Assembly: GCF_009914755.1 (NCBI RefSeq)
Contig: NC_060928.1
Reading direction: 5' to 3' (one strand)
DNA from: the human T2T-CHM13v2.0 reference genome, Homo sapiens
DNA: 64,000 nt
A program made the position numbers and the translations under genes. The notes below the pieces were generated by a model. It worked only from the letters and a program-made list of their open reading frames with translations, did no database searches and had not been told where the DNA came from. Positions within the stretch are counted from its first letter, which is position 1. Every line of letters begins with the position of its first letter. Positions 44,641 to 57,627 of the stretch are shown here, in pieces.

Positions 44641-45007
44641 TATGACCCATGGCGGCTTGACAAAATCTTGTTTGTTTTTTTTCTATTATGTGTCTCCAAC
44701 TATTTAAGAGATTTTAAGACATAAAATTTTACCCAAATAGGTCACGTAAAATTTTTGCAAAACAGCCAAATATTCCAGCCAAATGTACAAAGATTTGGAA
44801 CACAGACTGTGTCCAGCTGAGATTAATGGCACATACCAAGCAGAAACACAGATAGAAGATATTAAGGTAAAGTGTTAGTTGTTTCAACAGTCTGTCTTCC
44901 TCACACTCTGCTGTATCCTTTAAAAGGAATTCTGTTATACCAACTGTTTCTTTTTCTCTTCTTGACCTTCAATAAATATTCTGTCTGTGTCACCTTTGTT
45001 TGCCGAG

Positions 45008-45459
45008 TGTGATGGTTAATTTCATGTGTCAATTTGAGAGGGCCACAGGGTACCGAGATTAAATATTGTTTCTGCGTATGCCAGATGAGATTCACATTTG
45101 AATCAATAGACTCAGTAAACTAGATTGTCCTACACAATGTGATTGGGCATCATCCAATCCTTTCAGGTCCTGAATAGAGTAAAAAGCAGGAAAAAGAGAA
45201 ATTTTACCTCCCACTCCCCACCCTTGCTTCACTGCATAAACTTGGACATGCCATTTCATCTTCCCCTGCCCTCAGACTGATTTGACATCATCGGCTCCTC
45301 TGGTTCTCAGGACTAGATTACAACACTAGCTTTCCTGAGTCTCTAGCAACTTACAGACTGAAAACTGAAGATCTTCTCAACCTCCATAATCCATGAGCCA
45401 ATTTCTCATATTTATATATTTCACTGGTTCTGTTTATCTGGAGAACCTTTACTAATAAA
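45008..45459 (+). mobile_element. MLT2 5' LTR of ERVL provirus
   Basis: TGTGATGGTTAATTTCATGTGTCAA...CTGGAGAACCTTTACTAATAAA, followed by degenerate Leu-type PBS TGGTAGCAAAAATGG at 45465. Confidence 0.9.
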
Positions 45460-47318
45460 TATTTTGGTAGCAAAAATGGATCTTGAGAAACAGACTTTAA
45501 GGATATGTTTTCTGAATTGGTTCTTGGGTTTCTGGAACTGGCTTTCTAATATGATTAGATTTAAAGACACTAATGACCCTAATTCTAGTAGTAAGAGAGC
45601 GTTGATAGTCCATGGTATTATGAACTGTTTACAGAGATATACAAAATATCTGTATTGCTTGCCCCTCCTAATCAACTTCTTATAAGAATGACTTATAAGA
45701 AGAAAGGAGCTAGGTGACTCTGCATATGCCTTTAAACATTTTTGGGACACTAACAAATATAATGGAATTGGTTGGTTGCTCCTAATGTCCCTGGGCAAAG
45801 TGGGGAAAGAAAAAGAAGGGCTCAGGGATTCAAATTCCCAGCTGAAGAGCCCCATAAATGACACAAGAGATTCTATGTATGCCCTGAAGGAGACCTTTAT
45901 CTCCTCTAGCTGCAGAGCTAGAATTCCTGAAAATGAAACACAGAACATCATCTTGCGACTGGCTGAATTACAATGCAGATTGGAACTTCCAGCCTCTCAG
46001 AGTGTCTAATGTTAATATGAGAGCATTTACTGGAAGGGAATGGGATTCTATCAGTTGAAATGGGGACATTTGGGAAGACCATGATGAAGTTGAGGGCATT
46101 GAGCCCCAAACTTGGATGAGTCTTCTTCACCAGTAAAGAATTCTCCCTACCCCAGTGGAGTGACACTCCCACCCTCAGCAGACTTGACCCCCCTATTCAT
46201 CCCCAGCAGAAGTCTCCACCCACAGTACTATCAGCCTTTCCACCTCATCTGAGAAGATTAATCCTGCATTGCCTGAGAAAAAATTTAATACCTTCCCACC
46301 AGAAGTAGCTGCCATGCAAGACAATGCTAATTCTCCTCGGGACTCACACCCCACACTACTTTGTTTCTAGACTTATAACTAGACTCAAGTCTTAGCAGGT
46401 CTTTAAAGGGGAGGTATGATGTTTGACCCATGAGAAAGTGTATTACACTCCAGAAGAACAAATTGAGTTTTCTAACTAATATAGATAGAAATCTAGGGAA
46501 CACCTGTAGAAATGGATACTAAATGTGTGCAGTAATGGTCAAAAAGTCATAAAGTTGGATCAGGTCTAACTTTATTGACATGGGCTCACTATGCAGGTTC
46601 TGCACTTAATGTTATAGCTTGGAAGTTACAAAGAGCTGGAGTTGTTTTATTTGTTGGTCGGTTGGTTAGCTGAAACATGGACCAAAAGATGGCCAACAGT
46701 GAGTAAACCAAATATTCAGGACATACCTTTGTTTAATATAGAGGGAGAAATAAAAGCTTATGGAGATTGGAATGTTAGGGTAGATTTGTCATTTAGGACA
46801 TACTCATCCATACTGAGAAGGTCTAGAAAACATATCTTTTACCAATAATATGAGAAATAAATTAGTGAGGGGAGCCCCAGTATCCTTGAAGAACTCTGTG
46901 ATTACTCTTCTCTGAAGGGCAGACCTTACAGTGAGAGCTATAGTCACTGAATTAGGAAACCTAAATGGAATGGAAATAATTGGATCTGTGGGCTTAGTGG
47001 TAGCATTCAAACACAAATAGTAAGTTGGATGTGGTTACCATAATACATCATAGAGTCAAAGTATCAATTAGAAGAGTCAGACTCTTACAAACTCATGGCA
47101 TTGGCTAATCGATTATGGTGTTCCTTAAAACGAAATACATAGGAAACCTAATAAACACTTACCTGATCTGTATAAGCAAAATTTCCAGGTCAAGTGAACA
47201 AAAGTCTAAATTAAATTATAAAAACAGTCATGATCCCTCATTCAATTCTCAGACTTGAGTCAGTTTATAAACTCAGAGCTCTTTGAATGAAGATGAGGTC
47301 ATATCCCTTTGAGGAAGC
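45460..47318 (+). mobile_element. ERVL internal region, degenerate gag
   Basis: Peptide GWLLLMSLGKVGKEKEGLRDSNSQLK..LKETFISSSCRARIPENETQNIILRLAELQ and WLAETWTKRWPTVS, typical of ERVL gag. Confidence 0.9.
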
Positions 47319-48318
47319 AGTCTCCAGGGCATGTCATAGATCTTCATGGCAGCCACTCCTATCACAGACCCAGAAGCCTAGGAGGAAAAAATGGTTTCAC
47401 GGGCTGGGCCCAGGGTCCCTATGCTGTGTGCAGCCTAGGGACTTGGTGCCCTTCACTCCAGCCACTCCAGCCATTGTTAAAAGGGGCCAAGGAACAGCTT
47501 GGCCCATGGTTTCAGAGGGTGCAAGCCCCAAACTTTGGCAGCTTCCATGTGGTTGAGCCTGTGGGTGTACAGAAGTCAAGAATTGAGGTTTGGGAACCTC
47601 GGCCTAGCATTTCAGAAGATGTATGGAAATGCATGGATGTCCAGGAGGAAGTTTGCTGCAGGGGTGGGGCTTTCATGGATAACCTCCACTAGGGCAGTGC
47701 AGAAGGAAAATGTGGGGTCAGAGCCCCCATACGGAGTCCCTACTGGGCACCACCTAGTGGAGCAGTGAGACGAGGACCATCAACCTCCAGAACCCAGAGT
47801 GGTAGATCCACCAACAGCTTGCGCTGTGCACCTGGAAAAACTGTAGACACTCAATGCCACCCTTTGAAAGCATCAGGGAGAGTGGCTGTACCCTGCAATG
47901 CCACAGGGGCGAAGCTGTCCAAGCCCAAGGAAACCTGCTTCTTGCATCAGTGTGACCTGAATGTGAGACATGAAGTCAAAGGAGATCATTTTGGAGTTTT
48001 AAGATCTGACTGCCCTGCTGGATTTTAGACTTGCATGGGGCCTATAGCCCCTTTGTTTTGGCCAATTTCTCCCATTAGGAATGGCTGTATTTAGCCAATG
48101 CCTGTACCCCCATTGTATCCAGGGGGTAATTAACTTGCTTTTAATTTTACACACTTTGGACACAAGGCAGAAGGGACTTGCCTTGTCTAAGATGAGACTT
48201 TGGACTGTGGACTTTTGAGTTAATGATGAAATGAGTTGAGACTTTGGGGGACTGTTTGGAAGGCGTGATTGGTTTTGAAATGTGAAAATATGAGATTTGG
48301 GAAGAGCCAGGGGAAGAA
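47319..48318 (+). mobile_element. THE1 internal region (5'-deleted)
   Basis: AGGAGGAAAAAATGGTTTC..GGGCCCAGGGTCCC..CAGCCTAGGGACTTGGTGCCC; PPT GGGAAGAGCCAGGGGAAGAA. Confidence 0.92.
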
Positions 48319-48684
48319 TGATATGGTTTGTCTCTGTATCCCTACCCAAATCTCATCTTGTAGCTCCCATAATTCTCACATGTTGTAGTAGGGACCTGGT
48401 GGAGGATGATTGAATCATGGGGGTGGGTCTTTCCCATTCTGTTTTCATGATAGTGAATGTGTCTCATGAAATCTGACGGTTTTAAAAATGGGAGTTTCTC
48501 TGCACAAGCTCTCTCTTTGCCTGCTCCCATCCATGTATGGTGTGACTTGCTCCTCCTTGCCTTCTGCCATGATTGTGAGGCCTCCCCACCCATGCGGAAC
48601 TGTAAGTCCAATAAAGCTCTTTCTTTTTTAAATTGCCCAGTCTCAGGTATATCTTTATCAGCAGCATAAAAACAGACTAATACA
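48319..48684 (+). mobile_element. THE1B-like 3' LTR
   Basis: TGATATGGTTTG..CCCAAATCTCATCTTGTAGCTCCCATAATT...CTTTATCAGCAGCATAAAAACAGACTAATACA. Confidence 0.93.
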
Positions 48685-49596
48685 TATCCTTTGCCAATTT
48701 TTAATGAGGTTACTTGTTTTTTACTTGTTGATTTTTCTGTTTCTTATAGATTCCAGGTGTTAGGCCTTATCAGATGTATAGTTTGCAAATACTTTCTCCC
48801 ATTTGGTAGGTTGTCTGTTTACTCTGTTGATAGTTTCTTTTACTGTGCAGAAGCTCTTTAGTTTAATTAAATCACAGTTGTCAATTATTGTTTATGTTGC
48901 AGTTGCTTTTGGGGACTTTGACAAAAGTTATTTGCCAAGGCCAATGTCGAGAAGGGTACTTCAGATGTTTTCTTCTAAGATGTTTACAGCTTGAAGTATT
49001 ATACTTAAATCTGTAATCCAGTTTGAGTTGATTTTTGTATATGGTGAAAAGTAGGGGTCCACTTTCATTCTTTGCATATGGTTAGCCAGTTATCCAGCAC
49101 TTTTTATTGAATAGGGAGTCCTTTCCCCATTGCTTGTTTCCGTTGGCCATATAAAAGACTGTGTGGCTTTATTTCTGAGTTTTCTATCTATTCTATTTTG
49201 TTGGTCTATGTGTGTGTTTTTGTACTAGTACCATGCTGTTTTAGTTACATAACCTAATAATATATTTTGAAGTCAGGTAGTGTGATGTCTTAAGCTTTGT
49301 TTTTTGTTGTTGTTTTTTTGTTTTGTTTTGTTTTGTTTTCTCTAGGATTACTTTGGGTATTTGGGCTCTTTTTTGGTTTCATATGCATTTTATTGTAAAA
49401 CATTATTCTAGTGTTTTCTAATTCTGTGAATAATGATGTTGGTAGTTTGAATAACAATGAATCTATAAGTTGCATTGCACAGAGTCTTTAGTGTTTTCTC
49501 CATATGGAATCACATAATTAGCAACAGAGTTAGTTTGAATTCTTGTTTTTCTATGTGGATGCCTTTTATTTCTTTCTCTTGTCTGATTGCTCTGGC
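48685..49596 (-). mobile_element. L1 (PB/MA-like) ORF2 fragment, antisense
   Basis: TGTGCAGAAGCTCTTTAGTTTAATTA, TTGAATAGGGAGTCCTTTCCCCATTGC. Confidence 0.88.
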
Positions 49597-50410
49597 AAAA
49601 GTCAAAATATCCATTATAAGAAAGAACTGAACGAACTTCTGAAATTGAGAAATTCTCTACAAGAATATCACAATACAATTGGAAGTATTAACAGCAGAAT
49701 CAACCAAGATGAGGAAAGAGTCCCAGAGCTCAAAGACCAGTTATTTGAATCAAATCAGTCAGACAAAAATAAAAAATTAAAAAAAAAACAAAATCTTTGA
49801 GAAATATGGGATTGCGTAGCGAGACCAAATCTATGACTAATCAGCATTCCTGAGAGAGAAAAAGAGAGTAAGCAAATTGGAAAACATATCTGAAGATACG
49901 GTCCATGAAAATTTTCCAATCTTGCTAGAGAGCTGGATATGCAAATTCAAGGAATACAGAAAACCTTTGTAAGATACTATACAAGATGACCAACCCAAGG
50001 CATGCAGTAACAAGATTCACCAAGGTCAAGGCAAATGAATAAATATTAAAGGCAGCTAGAGAGAAAGGTCAGGTCACTTACAAAGGGAGCTCCATCAGAC
50101 TAGCAGCTGACCTCTCAGCAGAAACCATAAAAGCCAGAAGAGATAGGGGACCTCTTATCAACATCCTCAAAGAAATGAAATTCCCACCAAGCATTTCATG
50201 TCCCACTAAACTAAGCTTCATAAGCAAAGGAGAAATAAAAGCTTTCTCAGAAAAGCAAACACTAAGAAAATTTGTTGCCACCAGATAAGCCTTACAAGAG
50301 GTCATTAAGGGAGTCATAAACATGGAGACAAAAGATTGATACCTGCTACCACAAAAACACACTCAAGCACATAACCCACCGGCAATATAAAGCAATTATA
50401 CAATAAAAGT
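49597..50410 (+). mobile_element. L1 (PB-like) ORF1 fragment, sense
   Basis: Coiled coil ELLKLRNSLQEYHNTIGSINSRINQDEERVPELKD; AAGGCAGCTAGAGAGAAAGGTCAGGTCAC. Confidence 0.88.
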
Positions 50411-53405
50411 GTGCAGGAATTTTTATTGCCTTTCATTTTCATGAGATATTATACTGATCCATTACATTGATGATTTTATACTGTTTGGATCCAGTGGGCA
50501 AGAATTAGCAACTACTCTAGACTTATTGGTAAGACATTTCTGTGTCAGGGTATGGGGAATAAATCTGACTAAAGTTCACAGACCTATATCTCAGTGAAAT
50601 TTTTAGGAATCCAGAGATATCAAGCATTTCTAGATATTCCTTCTAATATGAAGGTTTAATTGCAGCTAGCTCCTCCTACAACCAAAAAAAATGCAGAATG
50701 CCTAGTGGGTCTCTTTCAATTTTTGAGGCAACATATTTCCCATTTGAGTGGGTTACTCTGGATCATTCTCCAAGTGCCCAGAACACTACTAATTTTGAGT
50801 GGGTTCCATAACAAGCGAAGTCTCTACAACAGGTCCAGGCTGCTGTGCATGCTACTCTGCCTCTTGAGCCATATGATCTAGCAGATCCAATGGTGCTTAA
50901 TGTGTCAGTGATAAATAGGGATAATGTATGGAGCCTTGGGCAGACCTCTGTAAGTGAATCACAGTGCAGGCTTTTAGGATTTTGGACCAAGATGCTGCCA
51001 TTCTCTGTAGACGATCACTCTCCTTTCTAGAAACAGCTCTTTGCCTGCTAGTAGGTCTTAGTAGAGACTGAATGCTCAATCATGGGCTACCAAGTAACCA
51101 TGCAACCTGAGCTACTTACCATAAATTGGGTATTATTTGACTCAGTAAATCATAAAGTTGGCTGTGCATAACAACCCTTCTTGATCTAATGGAAGGGTTA
51201 TGTGACTAGACCTGAGGAAGCTCTGAAGGCACAAGTAAGTTACTTGAAGGTCTCGAATGCTCCTAGTTCCTCTATGCTGTTTTAACTCTTGCTATGCTGT
51301 TTTAACTCTCATAGCTTGTACCTGTAGTTTCATGGCAAGTTCTCTATGATCAACTGACAGAAGAGAAGACTTGAGCCTCGTTTACAGATGGCTGTGCATT
51401 ATATGCAGGCACCACCTTAAAGTAGACAGGTGCAGCACTATAGACCCTCTCTGGGACACCTTTGAAAGATGGTTATAAAAGGAAATCCTCTTAGTGAGCA
51501 GAATTTTTAGTAATGTACCTAGTTGTTCATTTTCCTTAGGAGGAGAAATGACCAGACATGCAATTTTATACCAACTTATGGGCTATTCCAATGATTTAGC
51601 TGAATGGGTGTGGACTTGGAAGAAACATTATTCAAAAATTGACAATAAGGTAATTTTGGAGATAGGTAAGTGGATAGATATTTCTGAGTGGGTTTAAAAA
51701 GGAAGATATTTATGTCCCCTGTGAAGGCACACCAAAGGCTGACATCAGCAGAGGATGATTTTAATAATCAAGTTGATAAGATGACCCATTTTATGGGTAT
51801 AAGCAACACTCTTTCCACAGCCCCTCCTGTCATTGCCCAATAGGCTAATGCACAAAGGCATCACAATGGCAGGGATGGAGGTTAAAAGCATGGTCTCAGC
51901 AACATTCACTTCCACTCACTAAGACCTAGTTGTCTATGGCCATTGTTAAGTGCCCAATCTGTCAGCAGTAGAGACCACCACTTAGCCCTAAATATAATGC
52001 CATTCCTTAGGTTTATTAGCTAGTTACCTGGTGGCAGGTAGATTACATTGGATTATTTCCATCACAGAAGGAACAGTGTTTTGTTTACATGAGAATAGAC
52101 CCTTACTCTGATTACAAATTTGCATTCCCTGCATGCAGAGCTTCTACCAAAAAATACTACCTGTAGACCTACAGAATGCTTAATCCACCAACCTGATATT
52201 CTATACAGCATTGTTTCTGATCAAGAAACTGATATCACAGCAAAAGAAGTGAACAATGGATCCATGTCCATCCATTCATTGGTCTTACCGTGTTCCTTAC
52301 CTTCCTGAAACAGCTGCCTTGTTAAGAGGTCAAATGGCCTTTTGAAGATTCAGTTACAGTGCTAGCTAAATAGCAATACCTTACAGGGTTGGAATAAGGT
52401 TCTTCAGAAAGCTGCATATGCTCTGAATCAACATCCAATATATGTTGCTGTTACTCCCATAGCTAGGAGTCACAGGTCCAGGAATCAAAGAGTGGTAATG
52501 GGATTGGCACCACTCGGCTCTTACTTTGTGGCACCACTCACTATTTTTGCTTTCTGTTTCAACAACCTTATGCTCTGCTACACTAGAGGTCTTAGCTCCA
52601 GAGGAGGGAGTGTTTCTACCAGGAGACACAACAATCATTCAATTTAACTAGAGGTCTGTGTTTTCAGTACTTCTACCTGGTTTCAGTAGTTCTACCTGGC
52701 ATGTTTTCACTAAAAGATACCCTAAAGGGTATCCTGTATTCCAGAAATACTTCTCCTTACCTCTGCTGTGGAGTAGTAGTTCAATTTCCTCCTGATAGTC
52801 AGGATCAATTGCTTCAGCCATCCCAGTAATTCCCTTCTTTGGCTGTTGATTCAGAAGTATGGAGAGTCCAAAATGTAGCAAATTACAACTGCCTGAGGTG
52901 CTTGCTGAAGGCAAAGGAACTATAGAATGAGTAGTGAACTAAGATAGTTGTAAGGACTAGGTGTAATACCAAGACCAATTAAAGAAAAAAAGATTGTAAT
53001 TGTTAAGAGCATTTCTTCCTTCATTTGTGATGAATACTTTGTGTGTGTGTGTGTATGGGTGTGCGTGAAATATCTTTTTTTTCTTTACTCTGTTATCATT
53101 TTTGTAACATAAAATGTATTAACTTATTTAAGTATTCAAATTTAACTATTTAAGCATTTTATATTACAGTCATTAATTATTTTACATCATGGTATTTAGT
53201 ATTTATGTTACAGGATATTAAGAAGAGTAAACATCACTCAAAGACTTTACCTCCTCTTCTTGGAAAAGGGTTAGTGCATTTTTTGTTGTAAGCAGGGTAG
53301 TCATATCATTTTAAGTGGAATCATGACCTTGTTAGTGCCTTTATTTGGATATTAAGTGTGGTTTAAGTATATGTGTATGGATACCAAGTTCATAAGTGGT
53401 GAAAT
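50411..53405 (+). mobile_element. ERVL internal region: degenerate pol (RT, RNase H, integrase) and dUTPase
   Basis: HYIDD at 50460-50474; LAPPTTKKNAECLVGLF; LPLEPYDLADPMVLNVSV; WQVDYIG at about 52030; dUTPase LEVLAPEGGVFLPGDT. Confidence 0.92.
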
Positions 53406-53925
53406 TGTGATGGTTAATTGTATGTGTCAACTTCACTAGGCTACAATGTATCCAGATATCTGATCAAACATTATTTCTTGGTGTTTCTGTGAGGGTGTTT
53501 CTAGAAGAGATTAGTACTTAAATAATGGATGTGGAGGGAGTAAAGCAGATGACCCTCCTCAATGTGAATGGGCATCTTTTAACTTATTGAGGGCCTGAAC
53601 AGAACAAAAGTGGAAAAACTTCAAAATTGCTGTCCTCAGCCTACCTGCTTGAGCTGGAACACTGATATTCTCCTGCCCTTAGCAGTCCTGGTTCTTAGAT
53701 CTTCAGATATGGATTGGAGTCTATATCATCAGCCCTCTCTCTCTTAGGCCTTAGAACTACACTACGGGCCTTCCTGTGTCTCCAGCTTGCAAATGGCATA
53801 TGGTGGGATTTCTTAGGCTCCATAATTGCATAAGCCAGTATCTTATTTTATATATATATATGCATTTCTAACATATATGTAACTTCCTATTGGTTCTGTT
53901 TCTCTAGAGAATCCTGACTAATACA
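53406..53925 (+). mobile_element. MLT2 3' LTR of ERVL provirus
   Basis: TGTGATGGTTAATTGTATGTGTCAACTT...TCTCTAGAGAATCCTGACTAATACA. Confidence 0.92.
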
Positions 53926-54644
53926 TATGGAAAAGGGGAGAAACAAGAGGCCATATGTAGCCTACAAGAAATAGATCTTTTGGGTAGAAAATATAGAATG
54001 AGGGAGACAGTCTGAGATACAACTGCCATCCCTGGGGAACATATTAGAAGTGGTAAGAGACATTTTTTAATGTGTTTCATGATCCATTAAGCACATAGTA
54101 TCCTCTTTAACTACCATTACTTTATTTGGATAATTTGCTGAGTCTAGAAATCGTAATTGCTTATACATACACACGCATTATTATTATTGTAAGAAACATT
54201 ACCATTTTTCAAGGAGAACACAGTTAATGGAACAGTTAAGCTTCCAATTACACTTGAGTGTAAAAAGAAAACTTGAAAAGTAAATAGAACCTAACAATTC
54301 CAGAAATAAAAGTAACACCTTGATTAATATAAATATACAAATGGAGTATAGTCTTATCTTTGTGTTTCCAGTGACATTTTGTGTATATAAAGTATATATA
54401 TTTTTCTCTTTTTTTGCATGAATGTTTGCATTTTGCAGGTTCTTACACTTTGCACTTTTTTTCAGTGAATTTAGCCTAGTAATCAGATCATATCTAGTTT
54501 GTAGTAAGCTTCTCTTTTTATTGGCTATTATTTTATTGTGTGTACCTACTTAATAAAATATGTCATATTTTTCCAATTTTCTCTATATAACAGATAACTA
54601 GGTGTCTATCTAAATATTTGCTTTCCCATTCATAGTATAGATAT

Positions 54645-54845
54645 ATTACTTGGGAGCAGATGCTCAACCTGAGACTATATGTCCAAGACCCTTTTTAATC
54701 TAGTGGTTATGTGATTAGGTCTTACCAATAAAATGTGAAAATAAGTTATATGTCTCTTCTGCGGAAGTACTTTTAAGGAGTATGCAGGCTTCCTCCATCT
54801 TCTTTTTCTCCCTACTGCCAGTTAGATGCAGAGGACAATGAATGA
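54645..54845 (+). mobile_element. Old MLT1 (G/H/I-like) LTR fragment
   Basis: GTGGTTATGTGATTAGG..CCAATAAAATGTGA..AAGT pattern. Confidence 0.5.
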
Positions 54846-54999
54846 ATGACACTAAATACAGAACATTGTTCTGTCATTAGCCCCGATGTTAAGTGGAACA
54901 ATGTGAATTCATTCATTGTCTTTTATGCTCTTCCACATCTTTCTGGAAAAGGGAATGTGGGTGGTAATTAAAAAAAATTAGCATGTTTAGGAAATGTGG

Positions 55000-56420
55000 G
55001 GTTTTTTTTTCAGTCTTCCTTATTGAATGATACTGTGACTTGGTATAAAATTTTAAGAAAGAAATAATTTTTGTTCAGAATTTTGAAGATGTTGCTACAT
55101 TGTCTCTTAGTGCCTAGGGTTGGTGTTAATAAATATGAAGTCATCTGGTTCCACTCCATTGCATGTAATCTGTAATTTGTTTGTTTTATTTTCTTCTACC
55201 TAAAAATGTTTCAGAATATTCTTTTTATATTTGAGAGTCTGGCATTTAATGGGGTGATTTTTCATCTCATGGACAGGGCATTTGATGGCACCTTTTTAAA
55301 CTACAAACTGAGAAATTTTCTTGAATTATTTAAATAATGAATTCTTTCTTTCCATTTGTTATTTTCTAGGGTCTTATTCAAATGCTGCACCTTCTGGGAA
55401 ATACCTCCCAGAAGGTATATATTTCATTCATTTCCTTTTGTGAAGGATTCCTTCCATTACCTCCCATAGATTCTATATGTTTCAACAGATGTTTCACCAT
55501 TACTATTGTTTTTAACCTCCAAGCAGCATTTTCTTTATTCCTAGAGTGTGTATTTTCTTAGCACATCCTATATTACTTTATATATATAATATTCTCCCAT
55601 TTCTCTCTGACAATATTCATAACAATAACTTTTCTTTTAGTTTTTTTTTTTATTTTGTTTTCCTCCAAGTTAATTTTTTGTTTGTTCGTTTGCTTATTTT
55701 GTATGCTAACCTTCACCTTAAATTTATACTACTTGTCTGTTGGTTGTTGCTAATGATAGAGGTTGTGGAGCTAGTTATAATTTAGAAGCTTTGAATGGGT
55801 GAGAGTTGTCAAATTTGAGCTTCCATATAGCATGACTCAGGAAGGTAAGTTATTGGGGTACACCAGACAGCAAAATCTTTAATCTTTTTCCTTAATATGT
55901 TCAGGTTTCCATCACAGAAACATTCTAGCTTCTTGTCTGGAGGGTAGAAGTCAATATGTTAAACTTGGAAGAAAATGTAAGAAGCAAATGTGAGAAGAGA
56001 GAAGACAGTCTGTCATTCAGCATAAATGTGCATAAATTAATTTAAACTTCTGAGTTCAGAATGGATACTCTTACCAAAAATATGTCTTCAGACTTTTGCT
56101 CTAAGAAGTGAGAATCAGCATCCAGAGGCATGGAGAGGAGAGGAAACCCAGGAATCTTGTTTTTCCCTTTTGTCCTCCTTATTTTAACTTCCCCAGCTCC
56201 TTATCCTGACCTAATGCCCTCTTGGGGGTCCCTGGGATGGGAATTGTTGGATAAGGATTAGGCTCCATTCAAGATGCAATCTGCTAAGTCAGCTCACTCA
56301 TCCACTTACTTATATTGTTTTGGTTTCCTCTACTTCTCAACCCTTGAATGTTGTATTTCTTTCTTTGTTTAGTTTTAGTGGTTTTAGTACAATTAGATGT
56401 ATATATTGCATCTGACATGA
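55000..56420 (-). mobile_element. HAL1 / old L1ME ORF1-like remnant
   Basis: TGGTATAAAATTTTAAG..TCAGAATTTTGAAGATGTTGCTACATTGTCT antisense ORF1 C-terminal signature; right boundary uncertain. Confidence 0.55.
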
Positions 56421-57104
56421 TAATATAGCTCTCCTGTATAAGTTTCTACCTACTACATTGTAGAATTACGAGGAATAAATTTAAAAAAAATAGTAAGCCC
56501 GGCACTTTATATGTAGTAAGTACTGAATATACTTGATAATTACTATACTTCCACTAGACCCAAACTTCAACGAGAGAAAAAACTATGTCAATCTCTTTTT
56601 TATCCAAGCACATAGCATAACTTGGTACATTGAAAAAGACCACAGACTCAATATTTATTTAATCATGTGTTGAATTAGTGAATGAATAAATTAAAAGTAA
56701 AAATTATCAAACATGAATGAATCTGAAAGACACCCTGGTCATGAGTTTTGGGCCTTGCGTAGGCAGTGGCTATTTGTAGCAGCTGGGAGCCCTGGAGGAG
56801 AGCTTTAAACTCAGATCATTTTTTTATTATAGTTCCAACTTTGTTATCAATTAAATAAGCTGGAGAAGGCAATGAACATGTTCTTTTCTTCCTTTCTTTT
56901 ACATGGTCATAATATTGCCAATCTATCTCATAAGTGTGTTTCATTCGGTGAGATAATATACATGAAAATACAGTGACAGTTATAAAGTTCTTAATTTATT
57001 AATTAATAAATGGTAGCATCAGTGAGTCTATGCATTGCATATTGCCTATTCATTACTTATTGATTTATGAAAATGTCAGTATTGTGTCTTCTTCATCTGA
57101 GAGG

Positions 57105-57350
57105 GAACTTACTGTGATGTTAAAAGCTTGAGCTCTGGAACAGACTGCCTGCACCCAAATCTTATAGTAAGGTTTCCTTGGGCAAGCTACTTAACGTCTC
57201 TATGCCTGTTTCTTTTGTTTTATAATGAAGAATTGCCTCATAAAGTTGTTTAATAAATTAAGTATATGTAAAGTTCAATAAATTAGACATATGTAAAAAA
57301 CCTAGTGTTCGGTTTATAATATACGACCTCAATACATGTTAGCTATTATT
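57105..57350 (+). mobile_element. MIR
   Basis: GAGCTCTGGAACAGACTGCCTG..CCTTGGGCAAGCTACTTAACGTCTCTATGCCT...CTCAATACATGTTAGCTATTATT. Confidence 0.8.
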
Positions 57351-57493
57351 TACATATTACCTATCATATATTCAATATATAGAGGCTCTAGCCAACACTT
57401 TGGATATATAAAAGTTCATGCTTGGATTGTTATTTATCACACTTACATTTTCATATGCTAACTCTCTTGAACTCTTTTTTTATTTCCTTTAAA

Positions 57494-57627
57494 TTTTGTT
57501 TATTTATTTTTAAAGATAGAATCTCACTATTTGTCCAGGATGATCTTGAACTCCTAGACCCAAGAAATCTTTCTGCCTCAATCTCCCAAGTAGCTGAGAT
57601 TATAGTCACAAGCCAATATGCCCAGCT
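57494..57627 (-). mobile_element. FLAM (free left Alu monomer)
   Basis: AGATAGAATCTCACTATTTGTCCAGG..CTTGAACTCCT..CTCCCAAGTAGCTGAGATTATAG. Confidence 0.85.

Noticed and set aside
45421-45951. Longest ORF (176 aa, minus strand)
   Set aside because: Antisense shadow of ERVL gag and leader.
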